Shown here one piece after another: positions 10,896-20,763 of a stretch of 64,000 nt of DNA. The notes beneath the pieces were generated by a model. The model made no database searches and was not told the DNA's origin. It saw only the letters and a list, made by a program, of their open reading frames with translations. The translations under genes and the position numbers were made by a program. This stretch comes from Candidatus Eiseniibacteriota bacterium (GTDB lineage Bacteria; Eisenbacteria; RBG-16-71-46; CAVPCR01). The DNA is taken from NCBI GenBank assembly GCA_963823555.1, contig CAWGMA010000001.1:1536001-1600000 (forward strand), written 5' to 3'. Each line of letters starts with the position of its first letter. Within the stretch, counting starts at the first letter, position 1.

Positions 10896-12305
10896 CTATG
10901 GTCCCGTGCTCGCCAGCGCCGGGATGCCGCTGCCCCGCGCGCGATCCAGGCGGGCCTCGGCCTCGAAGAGCGCCGCCCAGGAGTCGACGAGAGCACTGCG
11001 CGACTCGATGAGCGACACCTGCGCCTGATCGAACTCGAGGATGGTCCCCGAGCCGACCTGGTAGCGCTCCTGCGCCAGCTTCAGGTTCTCCTCGGCCAGC
11101 GCCACCCCCTCGGTGGCGACGGTGATCGATTGCATCGCCTCACGCACGCCGAGGATGGCTTCCTTGATCTCGAGGGTCGCGCCGAGCTCGGCCTGCTGCA
11201 GGCGCGCTCGCTCGCTGGCGAGGTTCCCCTTCGCCGACTTGACCTGGCCCTCCGCCACGAGACCGTCGAAGATGTTCAGACTCACCCCTGCCCGGGCGCT
11301 CCAGCCATCCGAGTCGTTGTCGATTTGAATGATCTCGCCCGTGTCGAGCTCAACCGTGGTCACTCCTGGATTGTAGGTCTTACCCCAATCCAGCGCCCCG
11401 AAGAGCTCCGGATAATGGCTGGCGCTGGCCGCGCCCAGAGACGCCTCGGCACCCTTGACGCTCTCGCGGGCAGCCGCCAGATCGGGACGAGCTGTCAGCG
11501 CCTCGGCGACGACCGCCGTCGAGTCGATCTCGCCGCGAGGGCTGGTGTCGATCTCCCGGGAGATCTCCAGCGGTGTATTCACTGGCAAGGAGAGCAACTG
11601 ATTCAAACGTCCGCGCTCGATCTCGACCCGATTACGGGCTCCGATCTGTTCGAGTCTCGCCTGCTGCAGATTCACGCGAGCTTGCAGGACGTCGTTGCGA
11701 GCGACGGATCCCAGCTCGAAGAGCGTGTCCGCTCGCCGCAACTGGTCCTCCGAGAGCGACACTCCCTCATCGCGAACCTCGGAGAGGCGGATCGCCTTCA
11801 AGAGCTCATAGAACTGGATCCTTACGGCCAGAGCGACATCGAGCTTCTGCGACTCGCTGAGGCTGCGCCCCGCCCGCTCGCCCGCCCTGGCGCCTTTCAC
11901 ATTCTGGATATTGGCCCAGCTGAAAATGGGTTGATTGAGCCCGATTCCCAGTCGCTGATTGTCGCTCGAGTAGTTGCCAAGGCGCAGCTGACCGGTGTTA
12001 TCCACCGTGCCCGCCCCCGAGTAGCCGGATTGGTGGTTGAGCGAGTAGTTCGCACCCACATTCGGCAAGAAGCCCCGGTAGGACTGCCACACCCGTCCCT
12101 GGGCCGCCATGAGGTTTCCGGCAGCTACCGCGACGTCGTAATTCCGCTCGAGGGCGATCGCCACGGCCTGCTCGATGGTCAGGGGCCCCGGGGGAAGCAC
12201 CGCTGACGGCGCCGACGCTTCCTGCGCTTGGCTGGGCACCGCAACGGCCATGAACAAAGCCACGAGTGGCATCCCAGTGCGACGGGCTAGACGTTGGATG
12301 ATCAT
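10896..12305 (-). CDS. TolC-family outer-membrane efflux protein
   Basis: Signal peptide, LTIEQAVAIALERN, duplicated OEP helical repeats; GGAGG RBS before ATG 12305. Confidence 0.9.
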   Translation of the reverse strand: MIIQRLARRTGMPLVALFMAVAVPSQAQEASAPSAVLPPGPLTIEQAVAIALERNYDVAVAAGNLMAAQGRVWQSYRGFLPNVGANYSLNHQSGYSGAGTVDNTGQLRLGNYSSDNQRLGIGLNQPIFSWANIQNVKGARAGERAGRSLSESQKLDVALAVRIQFYELLKAIRLSEVRDEGVSLSEDQLRRADTLFELGSVARNDVLQARVNLQQARLEQIGARNRVEIERGRLNQLLSLPVNTPLEISREIDTSPRGEIDSTAVVAEALTARPDLAAARESVKGAEASLGAASASHYPELFGALDWGKTYNPGVTTVELDTGEIIQIDNDSDGWSARAGVSLNIFDGLVAEGQVKSAKGNLASERARLQQAELGATLEIKEAILGVREAMQSITVATEGVALAEENLKLAQERYQVGSGTILEFDQAQVSLIESRSALVDSWAALFEAEARLDRARGSGIPALASTGP

Positions 12306-12484
12306 CGACTCGAACCTCCAGGAGACGGACGGGCACCCCGAGCTTGGTTGCTGGCTAGCGCCCTCGACGAGGACGGCAGCCGGGCAAAAAGACTCCCGGG
12401 GGCTCCGGTCGACTAATGTCACTACGCATGGCCCAGGTCTCGGGTTTCCCCCCTCTACCCGACCAACCATCCCAAGGACACCGC

Positions 12485-13249
12485 TCAACCGCCGAGCGCT
12501 GTGCCCACCGTGGCGGCTCCCAGGGCATAGAGGAGCCAGACCATGATCAGGGCCACGGCCACGCTCTTCAGACGGACGCGATGCACGATGCTGAGCCCCA
12601 GGGCCATGACGAGGAGCTTCCACAGGCTGAAGATGTCCAGATGCTTGAGGAAGGCAAACAGGAAGCCACCCGCATCCTCGGCACCGAGCAACAGCGCCGG
12701 GCCGAAAGGCACTTCCGGCGTCCCCTGGGCCAGCATGGCGGGTAGCTTGACCCCGAGCTCGAGCACCCCGATCAGAAGCCCGTAGCACACGACGGCGAAG
12801 GTGCGCAGGAAGCTCGCGCCGCCCCCCAGAAGGAACCCGACCACGAGGTGGGCCACGAGGGCGATGACGAGCGCGCTCAGCGGTGTCCCCAGCACCGCCC
12901 CCCCGATGCCCAGAGCCCTGATCGCCGGGCTCTTGATCATGCTCTCCGCCTGCGCGAGATCGGCACCGGACATCTCCTCGCGCTCCGCCAGGGCCTCGAG
13001 CTGCGCCGGGATGATGACGCGATCATAGGCGAAGAGAACGAAGCCGGCGGTCAGGAGCACGAGCACGAGGAGCGGCTGCCACCACGTCCGCGGTACCAGA
13101 TCCACGGCAGCAAACGCCTTCCCTGGCGCCACGAAGACGTCCATCGCTCGCCGCAGGAAACTGCCGGCGGCACTCTTTTCATCCGGCGGGGCCACGCTCT
13201 CCCCCACGGGCGCATCCGGCCGGCCTTCATACCCTCTCGGGTCTTCCAT
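12485..13249 (-). CDS. YIP1-family membrane protein
   Basis: VFVAPGKAF, five hydrophobic segments, LDIFSLW motif. Confidence 0.75.
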   Translation of the reverse strand: MEDPRGYEGRPDAPVGESVAPPDEKSAAGSFLRRAMDVFVAPGKAFAAVDLVPRTWWQPLLVLVLLTAGFVLFAYDRVIIPAQLEALAEREEMSGADLAQAESMIKSPAIRALGIGGAVLGTPLSALVIALVAHLVVGFLLGGGASFLRTFAVVCYGLLIGVLELGVKLPAMLAQGTPEVPFGPALLLGAEDAGGFLFAFLKHLDIFSLWKLLVMALGLSIVHRVRLKSVAVALIMVWLLYALGAATVGTALGG

Positions 13250-13289
13250 GGTCTTGCTCCTTCCTCGCCCCGGCCCCATCCCCCCCGAC

Positions 13290-13946
13290 TCAGCGCCGGA
13301 GCACGAAACGGAACGGGATCACGATCCGCGCCTTCACCGGTACATCTCGCTGTTTCGCCGGCGTGAACTCCGAGGCCCGCGCCGCCTTGAGAGCGGCCTG
13401 TTCCAGTGCGGCAATGACGTCGGACTGGACGACCACAGCATCGATCACGCGCCCCGTCTCGTCCACCGTGACTTGCACCAGCACCGTTCCCTGCGCGTGC
13501 AACTCGCGAGCGATGTCGGGATACTCCGGCTCGACCACGGTCACCCGCTGCGGAGGGGTATCGAAAGCCACGAATCCCTCGTCCGGCGGGGGGGGCGGCG
13601 CCGAGGTCGGAGGTGAGAACGGATCGAGCACCGTGGGCGGCATCGGCGGGCTCTCCTCCGGTTCCTCGTTTGTCACCTCGGGCTCGACCGGAAGCTCCGG
13701 GATCTCGGGTCGCTCGACCTCCGGCGGCGGCGGCGGAATGTCGATCTCGTCCGGTATGTCGATGACCTGGATCCGTTCCTCGGTGAACTCGTAGGGATGC
13801 GAGGGCGGCCCCATGCCAAACAAGATGTAGAGGATATGCACCGCAGCGGAGATGATCAGGCAGTACACGCAGTAGCGGATATAGCTCTCGTTGAGCTTCG
13901 TGAAGGCCGCTTCTGCGCGCCCCGTCCGCTGAGGGGCGTGGTCCAT
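13290..13946 (-). CDS. tonB: Energy transducer TonB
   Basis: N-terminal TM, Pro-rich linker, PEYP..AR...QGTV.VQVTVDETGRV C-domain. Confidence 0.9.
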   Translation of the reverse strand: MDHAPQRTGRAEAAFTKLNESYIRYCVYCLIISAAVHILYILFGMGPPSHPYEFTEERIQVIDIPDEIDIPPPPPEVERPEIPELPVEPEVTNEEPEESPPMPPTVLDPFSPPTSAPPPPPDEGFVAFDTPPQRVTVVEPEYPDIARELHAQGTVLVQVTVDETGRVIDAVVVQSDVIAALEQAALKAARASEFTPAKQRDVPVKARIVIPFRFVLRR

Positions 13947-13957
13947 GGCCGCCCACC

Positions 13958-14362
13958 CTACTCGTTGCCGCGCGTGGTGAAGGAGACCGGCAATACCCCG
14001 GCCGTCTTCAGCGCGTCGATCGCCTCCGCCATGAGCCGATACGGCGCGTTCTGATCGCAGTTGACGCCCACGAGAATGGTGGGGTTCCGGCGCACCTTGG
14101 TCTCCAGAATGGACGCGAGGTCCTCCATCTTGATGATGCGATCGTCGATGGAGACCGTGCCCTCGGCATCGATCCAGACATGCGTCATGTGCTCACGTGG
14201 GACGCTCTCCCCCATCTCGGCCCGGGGCAACGTGATGCGCAGGCCCTCCTCGAGGCGGAAGATCGTCGTCGACATGAAGAAGATGAAGAGCAGGAAGGCG
14301 ATGTCGGCCATCGATACCGCGGGGATCCGCGTGTCGACAAGTACGGTGCGCAGGAACTTCAT
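13958..14362 (-). CDS. exbD: Biopolymer transporter ExbD
   Basis: SMADIAFLLFIFFM TM with conserved Asp. Confidence 0.9.
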   Translation of the reverse strand: MKFLRTVLVDTRIPAVSMADIAFLLFIFFMSTTIFRLEEGLRITLPRAEMGESVPREHMTHVWIDAEGTVSIDDRIIKMEDLASILETKVRRNPTILVGVNCDQNAPYRLMAEAIDALKTAGVLPVSFTTRGNE

Positions 14363-14784
14363 CAGCCGCCCTCACCGCTCGCCGGCGCCGTCTTCAGGGA
14401 GATCCGCGGAGCCTCGGCCTCCTTGACCTCGTCGAGAACGCGGATCATCGTCTTGTAGAGGGCCCGCGGATGCGTCTCGATAGAGACGACGAGTTCTTCA
14501 TTCTCCAGGATTCGCCCATGCACGATGTCGCTGAGCGCATCAAGATCATCGACGCTCTCACCATCGGCGAAGACCTTGCTCTCGGCATCGGTATACAGGA
14601 CGAGGACGTTCTTGCGGTTGACCTCCTTCTTGGGTCCGCCCTTGGGCGGGAGGACCAGGGTCAACCCCTGCTCCAGACTGAAAACGGTGGTCGAGATGAA
14701 GAAGATGAGCAACAGGAAGGCAATGTCGGCCATCGACGCCGATGGGATCTCCGTCGAGACTGATGGCCGCCTGAACCGACTCAT
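14362..14784 (-). CDS. exbD: Biopolymer transporter ExbD
   Basis: SMADIAFLLLIFF TM with conserved Asp. Confidence 0.9.
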   Translation of the reverse strand: MSRFRRPSVSTEIPSASMADIAFLLLIFFISTTVFSLEQGLTLVLPPKGGPKKEVNRKNVLVLYTDAESKVFADGESVDDLDALSDIVHGRILENEELVVSIETHPRALYKTMIRVLDEVKEAEAPRISLKTAPASGEGG

Positions 14785-14811
14785 TCCCGTCGCCTCCGGC
14801 CACACTCCGCG

Positions 14812-15714
14812 CTAGACACGACGATCTGTCTGCCGCTGATGCTCGAGATCGACCAGGGTGTCCACGACCTCAACGGAAGCCGCCTCCATCTCGGTGATGA
14901 ACTTATCGATCTTGGTGATGAACCAGTTGTACGCGAACTGCACGGGAATGGCGATGCTGAGACCCGTCTCGGTGGTGATGAGGGCTTCGGAGATGCCGTT
15001 GGCCACCACCTTGGCGCTGACCTGATCCGCGGCCGCAATGGCATCGAAGGCGTTGATCATGCCGGATACCGTGCCCAGAAAGCCGATGAGCGGCGCGATC
15101 ACGGTGATCGAAGCCAGCCAGATCAAGGAGCGCTGGAGATAAGCCATCTCGATGACTCCGGCGGACTCGATGGCCTTGGTCACCGCATCGGGTCCCTTGT
15201 CCGCGCGCATGAGCCCCGAGTGCAGGACGGCCGCGATCGGCCCTGGAGTACGCGTGCAGACCTCGATGGCCCCGTCCACGCCCTTGTCACGGAGCGCCGA
15301 GAGCAGGCGGTCGATGAAGCGGCGGGTGTTGATGCGCGCCCTGCTGAGCGTGAACCAGCGCTCGAGGATGAGAGCGACACCCACGATCGAGCAGGCGAGG
15401 AGCGGCCACATGAAGATACCGCCCTTGACGAACCAGTCGACCATGGCGGTCCGCAATCCGCCGCTACGCGGCGTCGCCACGGCTTCTGCGCTGCCACCCG
15501 CCGTCGTTGCGGAGCCGGTTGCCGCCGCCGAACTGGCCGCGCTCTCAGCCGCCGTGCTGCTTGGACCGCCGGCGCTCTCGGACGCCGGGGACTGGGCCGG
15601 TGTCTCCTGCGCCGCGACGGGCGGCATCCCACCGACCAGGAGGAAGAAGCTCAGGACCCAGGGCGCCAGCCGATGCGCGAGCGCCCACCGCTCAGGAACC
15701 CCCGAAACGACCAT
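14812..15714 (-). CDS. exbB: MotA/TolQ/ExbB proton channel protein with signal-like N-terminus
   Basis: GGIFMWPL, APLIGFLGTVSGMINAF, GISEALITT. Confidence 0.92.
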   Translation of the reverse strand: MVVSGVPERWALAHRLAPWVLSFFLLVGGMPPVAAQETPAQSPASESAGGPSSTAAESAASSAAATGSATTAGGSAEAVATPRSGGLRTAMVDWFVKGGIFMWPLLACSIVGVALILERWFTLSRARINTRRFIDRLLSALRDKGVDGAIEVCTRTPGPIAAVLHSGLMRADKGPDAVTKAIESAGVIEMAYLQRSLIWLASITVIAPLIGFLGTVSGMINAFDAIAAADQVSAKVVANGISEALITTETGLSIAIPVQFAYNWFITKIDKFITEMEAASVEVVDTLVDLEHQRQTDRRV

Positions 15715-15769
15715 GGCGAATCGGCACCTCCCCACGGGCTGGCCAACCATCCCAACTCCCGTGGCGGGA

Positions 15770-15798
15770 ATTGTTCCGGCACCCGGCCAGAGTGTCAA
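15770..15798 (-). promoter_or_regulatory. Candidate sigma70 promoter for the exbB operon
   Basis: TTGACA-17 bp-AACAAT on the minus strand. Confidence 0.55.
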
Positions 15799-15848
15799 CC
15801 GCTCATTTCCCTTTGAGATGCGGGCATGGACTGGAACGCGCGACCAGA

Positions 15849-17180
15849 CTAGGGCTTCAACCGGGTGATCGTGCGGGGGAAAGGTATGGCTTCCCGAATG
15901 TGGTGGATACCGGCGATCCACCCCACCGTACGTTCGATGCCGAGCCCGAACCCGGCATGCGGCACGCTGCCGAAGCGGCGGAGGTCGAGGTACCACTCGA
16001 AGGCCTCGCGCGGAAGCTGGTGCTCCGCCAGGCGCTGCTCGAGAAGGGCCAGATCGTCGATCCGCTGGCCCCCACCCACGATCTCCCCGTAACCCTCGGG
16101 CGCCAGGAGATCGGCGGACTGCGACAGCCGCGGGTCGCTGGGATCCGGCTGCATGTAGAAGGCCTTGCAGGCAGCCGGGAAATGATGCACGAAGAGCGGC
16201 TGATCGAAATCGGCGACCAGGGCCTCTTCATCGGGAGCACCGAAGTCGCCCCCCCACTCGAAATCCATCCCCTTGGCCTTCAGGCGCTCGGCAGCCTCGT
16301 TGTAGTGCAACCGGGGGAATGGCGAACGCACCCGTTCGAGCGGTGCCGTGTCTCGCTCGAGCACTTCGAGGTCCTGACGGCGGCGGTCCAGCACCCGCTC
16401 GACGATGGAAACCACCATCCCCTCGGCCATCTGCATGGCGCCCTCGAGATCCGCGAACGCCATCTCCGGTTCCACCATCCAGAACTCGGTGAGATGCCGT
16501 CGGGTCTTCGACTTCTCGGCGCGAAAGACCGGGCCAAAGCAGTAGACGCGACCGAAGGCCATCACCGTGGCCTCGTTGTAGAGCTGCCCGGACTGCGTGA
16601 GATAGGCCGTTCGCGGGGTCTCGGCGTCCGGGTCGTTGAAGTAAGGCACCTCGAAGAGGGTCGTCGTGCCCTCGCACGCGGCCGGCGTGAACATCGGCGT
16701 ATCGACCAGCACGAAGTCGCGATCATCGAGGAAGTCACGGCATGCGCGCACGACTTCACTGCGAATGCGAAGGAGAGCGTGCTGCTTCGCCGATCGGAGC
16801 CACAGATGCCGGTTGTCGAGCAGGAACTCGATACCGTGCTCCTTCTTGGCAATCGGGTACTCCTGAGCCAGGCTCAAGATCGCGACATCCGTCGCCGTGA
16901 GCTCGAAACCGCCCGGAGCCCGCGGCTCGGCGCGCACCACCCCCGTGACGCGGATCGCCGATTCCTGCGTCACTGCATCGCAGGCCTGAAAAGCCGCCTC
17001 CGTGACCGAGCCCTTGGCGACCACAACCTGGATCGTGCCGGAGCCGTCGCGGAGGAGAAGGAAGTAGAGCTTGCCCGAGTGCCGGCGGTTGTAGAGCCAG
17101 CCCCGAAGCTCGACCTCCGTGCCTGCATGGCGACCGACTTCAGTCACGCGTGTCGGGATGGGACGGCTCTCGTCCACCAT
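15849..17180 (-). CDS. asnS: Asparagine--tRNA ligase
   Basis: OB fold, [38 protein letters not shown]. Confidence 0.96.
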   Translation of the reverse strand: MVDESRPIPTRVTEVGRHAGTEVELRGWLYNRRHSGKLYFLLLRDGSGTIQVVVAKGSVTEAAFQACDAVTQESAIRVTGVVRAEPRAPGGFELTATDVAILSLAQEYPIAKKEHGIEFLLDNRHLWLRSAKQHALLRIRSEVVRACRDFLDDRDFVLVDTPMFTPAACEGTTTLFEVPYFNDPDAETPRTAYLTQSGQLYNEATVMAFGRVYCFGPVFRAEKSKTRRHLTEFWMVEPEMAFADLEGAMQMAEGMVVSIVERVLDRRRQDLEVLERDTAPLERVRSPFPRLHYNEAAERLKAKGMDFEWGGDFGAPDEEALVADFDQPLFVHHFPAACKAFYMQPDPSDPRLSQSADLLAPEGYGEIVGGGQRIDDLALLEQRLAEHQLPREAFEWYLDLRRFGSVPHAGFGLGIERTVGWIAGIHHIREAIPFPRTITRLKP

Positions 17181-17383
17181 GGGTGCCTCCTGTATCGGAT
17201 TCGATCAAGCGGGGCCGGCTGCGGCTCGCCGGGTCTTGCGCCGCAGGTGAAGCCTGGCAATCACAAGCGGGTTGCCATGCCGTCGCGACATCGTCCCAAG
17301 CCGAAACGGAACGGAGCCCGCTGTCTCACCGGCGGGCACCCGAACGACCCCGGAGGGCGCGCACGTCGCGCGCGGGGCGAGCC

Positions 17384-17412
17384 AAGGTAGCAGAGGCCAC
17401 GCAGGGGGTCAA
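17384..17412 (-). promoter_or_regulatory. Candidate sigma70 promoter for asnS
   Basis: TTGACC-17 bp-TACCTT with TGn extended -10. Confidence 0.55.
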
Positions 17413-17509
17413 TTTGCCCCGCCCGGAGGAGACCCGCCGTACGTCGCCTTCGTGTTTCCGGCTGCAGATATGCCGCTCCGAGGACGATAAACACCGGGAA
17501 GGATCCACC

Positions 17510-19567
17510 ATGCACCATCCGCTGCGCCTCAGGCTCTGGGCGCTATCCCTCTCGGTCGCCATCGCCCTGGCGGCGCTTGCGCCGGCCACGCCCAGCTTGC
17601 TGTGCGGCGGGGCTTCACTCGCTCGGGCCGGTGGGCTCGTTGCTTCAGCGGAGCCGCCTTCCCCTGGTGCCGACAGGGGCGGAAACACGGAGACGGCTCT
17701 CGCCGTCCCGGTTCCTCCGCTATCCCTCGATCCGTACCGCGCTCTGCTCGAAGCGCGGGAAGCCGTATCCCAGGGCGACAAAGCTGGTGCCCGGGCCGCA
17801 CTGGCCCGCGCCAGAGCCCTCGATCCCGGTCTCATCGAACCCGATCTCTTCGCGGCGACACTCGACATGCCCTGGGCACTCGGGGATGCCGGGGATCGGC
17901 TGTTCGCCGCCTTCCGCACCGGACGCGACCGCTTCGTGCTCCAGGCGCAAACGCTCGCCGGCGTCGTCTGGGGTGGACTGGCCATCCTGGCTGCGCTGAT
18001 CACTCTCCTTGCTGTGGGTCACGCCTCGGTCGCTGCCCGCCCGCTGCACCACCTGCTCGCGGAACGGTTCGTTCCAGCTCTCACGCCCCGCCTGGCCGCG
18101 GTGGCCGCTGGACTTGTTCTCATCCTGCCGCTCGTTCTCGGCGCTGGCCCACTGGCCGGCGCGCTGGCTGTTCTCGTCCTGGCCGCACCGCTCGGCGCCC
18201 GACGACCGCTCGCCCTGGCCGCGGTCGGCGCCTGCCTCATTCTCGCCCTTGGCCTGGCTCCGTATTTTGCGCCATCCGTCCTCCGCCCGGCGGACTTCCG
18301 CGATCAGGCGCCTTTGCTCGACTACGCCGATCATGCGCCCCTCACTCCGGAGCTCGGCGCACGACTCGCCCAGGTCGCCGAGTCCGGTAACGATCTCGCG
18401 CTTCTCGTCCACGCCAACGCGCTGCAGAGAGCCCAGCGCTTCGCGGAGGCCGAGCCCCTGCTATTGCGCTATTGCGAGCGCCAGCCCAGTGACTTTCGAG
18501 GCCCCCTGAGCGTTGGCAATGCCCTCATGCGCCTGGGCGACACGCGGACCGCGGTCCGCTTCTTTCGCCAAGCGCAAGCGCTCGCCCCCTCCGCTCCCGA
18601 ACCGCTGCTCAATCTGGCTCTTGCCTACTCCCAGTTGATGCAGTTCGAGATGGCCAACGAAGCCCTGGCCGCTGCGAGCCAGATCGACCCCGAGGCGGTT
18701 GCGACGATCAACAGCGCCAGCGCTTCCGCCGCGGCGGCGCCCGTGGAGGCGCGTCTGCGGGCTGCCGAGTTGTGGCGTCTCTTCGAGGCCGAGCGGGCGA
18801 GTCTGGGCGCCGAACCACCCGCCAGCATCCAGGTGTGGATGCCCTGGAGGGGAGGCGTGCTGTGGCCCCTCGGTCTTGCCCTGCTCGGTGTGGCCTGGCA
18901 TCTGCGGCGAACCCTCGCCAGGAAGGCCTTCCCGGCCCCTTGCGCGGCGTGCGGACGGATGGTCTGCTCGCGCTGCGCGGCGCAGCGGCCAGGCCTGACG
19001 CTCTGTCGCGTGTGCTGGAAGCGAATCGGCGATATACCTGCCGATGATGCGCTGCAACGTCTCATCGCTGCCGAGCGGCTGAAGCGACGCGGGCGCGACC
19101 GGCTGTCGCGCCTCGTCTGGAACCTCCTCGTCCCAGGTCACGGACTGATCAAGGCCGGGCACCACATCGCGGCGGCGCTCATGTACGCGATCATTGCCGT
19201 GACCGGAGTCGCCTTCCTCACCGGAGGCCACCCTGTCGTGCCGCTCCCGGCTGCACCGGGGAGCGCCGGGAACATGTTCGGACCGCAAAGCTACGGTCTG
19301 TTGCTGGCTCTGACCCTGGCCGCGACCGCGGCACTCAGCATCAGCGCCCGCCCGAGCCTCGGCCGCTCCACGCGCGGCCGCTTGGTGCCACTCGACCACC
19401 ATCATCCCTCCGCCGCCCGGGACATCGGCCGCCCGGCACCGTCTCCAGCGCACAGGAGCCGCCCGGCAGCGCAACGAGACTGGCATGAAGAGAGGGACGT
19501 TCCTGCCCCCCATCGGCAGCGGGAAGAGGGCAACCGGGCGGATCGCCGCACGGGAACGGATGACTAG
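17510..19567 (+). CDS. Multi-pass membrane protein with TPR repeats and a Cys6 Zn-finger-like motif
   Basis: Hydrophobic blocks, TPR-like helices, CAACGRMVCSRC-x9-CRVC at 18941-19015. Confidence 0.75.
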   Translation: MHHPLRLRLWALSLSVAIALAALAPATPSLLCGGASLARAGGLVASAEPPSPGADRGGNTETALAVPVPPLSLDPYRALLEAREAVSQGDKAGARAALARARALDPGLIEPDLFAATLDMPWALGDAGDRLFAAFRTGRDRFVLQAQTLAGVVWGGLAILAALITLLAVGHASVAARPLHHLLAERFVPALTPRLAAVAAGLVLILPLVLGAGPLAGALAVLVLAAPLGARRPLALAAVGACLILALGLAPYFAPSVLRPADFRDQAPLLDYADHAPLTPELGARLAQVAESGNDLALLVHANALQRAQRFAEAEPLLLRYCERQPSDFRGPLSVGNALMRLGDTRTAVRFFRQAQALAPSAPEPLLNLALAYSQLMQFEMANEALAAASQIDPEAVATINSASASAAAAPVEARLRAAELWRLFEAERASLGAEPPASIQVWMPWRGGVLWPLGLALLGVAWHLRRTLARKAFPAPCAACGRMVCSRCAAQRPGLTLCRVCWKRIGDIPADDALQRLIAAERLKRRGRDRLSRLVWNLLVPGHGLIKAGHHIAAALMYAIIAVTGVAFLTGGHPVVPLPAAPGSAGNMFGPQSYGLLLALTLAATAALSISARPSLGRSTRGRLVPLDHHHPSAARDIGRPAPSPAHRSRPAAQRDWHEERDVPAPHRQREEGNRADRRTGTDD

Positions 19568-19615
19568 GGGCCGCAACCAGGCCGGGACGCCGCAGATCGA
19601 GAGGAATGAACGAAC

Positions 19616-20740
19616 ATGGCGCTGACGGGGAACATCGCTGACTGGAGCCTCGCCGATCTCCTGCAGATCGTCGCCGCCGAGCGCAAGACCGGAGCCCTCA
19701 CCCTGACGCGTGACGGCGAGGAAGTACGCCTCGAATTCAGCGCCGGCCTTCTCGTCAACGCGAGCGAGAGACGGATCGGGCAAGAACGCTCCGGCCGCTC
19801 CCGACCCTCGCGACGACCCGCGAGGAATGAGCCGCCGGGCGGCTTCCTCGCCTTCTTGATCAAGAGCGGCCACATCAAGCCGGACCAGGCTCGATCCGTG
19901 ATCCTCCTGGGGCGAGAAACCGGCGAGGACACTGCGAACGCCATCCTCAAGGCCCAGCTCCTCGATCCTGAATCCCTCGGAGAGGCCATGGCGGCCTATG
20001 CGCAGGACCTCTTCTCACGCGTGCTCTCGTGGGAGGAAGCCGACTACACATTCCTCGCCGAGAAAGGGAAGCCGGAAAGGAAGGGTCGGAGCCACAAGCC
20101 GACAGGGAGCGGGCCCATCGCGCTCAATACCGAGGGTCTTCTCCTCGAGGGTATGCGCCGCATTGACGAACAACCGCGAATCGGGCAGGTCGTCCAGCCG
20201 GGAACCGTGTTCGTGCGTGCCGCGGGCGCTCCGGCGCCTGTCGACCTCGACGATCGCGAGGCGACAGTCCTCGAGCTGGTCGATGGATCCCGCGATGCCC
20301 GCACGCTGGCGGCCACGGTCCAGCTCGGCGAGTACGAGGCTTATGAAGCGCTTTTCCTCCTGCACCAGGCTGGCCTCATCGCCGAGCGCGCTGGCCCGCC
20401 GATCGTGCGCCTGCGGCCACGACACCGAGAGCAAGGCCCATCAGCTCCGCAATCGGCCTGGTTGCATGTCGTGGCCCTGGCCTTGATCCTGGGTGCCTCT
20501 CTCGTCTTCCGGCTAGCGGCCTTTGGCACAATCTGGCCACGCCAGTCTGCTCTCACGTTCGAAGCGCCGCCCCTGACCGAACGCGATCTGGCTGCTCTCC
20601 ACTTCGCTGCCGAGCTCTACACCGCATACACCGGTCACGAGGCCGAGAGTGTCGATGCGCTCGTCCATGCGGGCCTATTGCCTGGCGGCTTCGGCCGCTG
20701 GGACCAGGCGTCGATTCCTCGCCACGCGACACGTCGCTGA
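19616..20740 (+). CDS. DUF4388 (PatA-N-like) domain protein with C-terminal TM
   Basis: MALTGNIADWSLADLLQ...KTGALTL; LLLEGMRRIDE; VLELVDG. Confidence 0.85.
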   Translation: MALTGNIADWSLADLLQIVAAERKTGALTLTRDGEEVRLEFSAGLLVNASERRIGQERSGRSRPSRRPARNEPPGGFLAFLIKSGHIKPDQARSVILLGRETGEDTANAILKAQLLDPESLGEAMAAYAQDLFSRVLSWEEADYTFLAEKGKPERKGRSHKPTGSGPIALNTEGLLLEGMRRIDEQPRIGQVVQPGTVFVRAAGAPAPVDLDDREATVLELVDGSRDARTLAATVQLGEYEAYEALFLLHQAGLIAERAGPPIVRLRPRHREQGPSAPQSAWLHVVALALILGASLVFRLAAFGTIWPRQSALTFEAPPLTERDLAALHFAAELYTAYTGHEAESVDALVHAGLLPGGFGRWDQASIPRHATRR

Positions 20741-20763
20741 CGACGTCAGCCACTCTCCGGCGC

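Noticed and set aside
17181..17380. T-box riboswitch before asnS
   Set aside because: No T-box antiterminator motif and no U-tailed terminator visible
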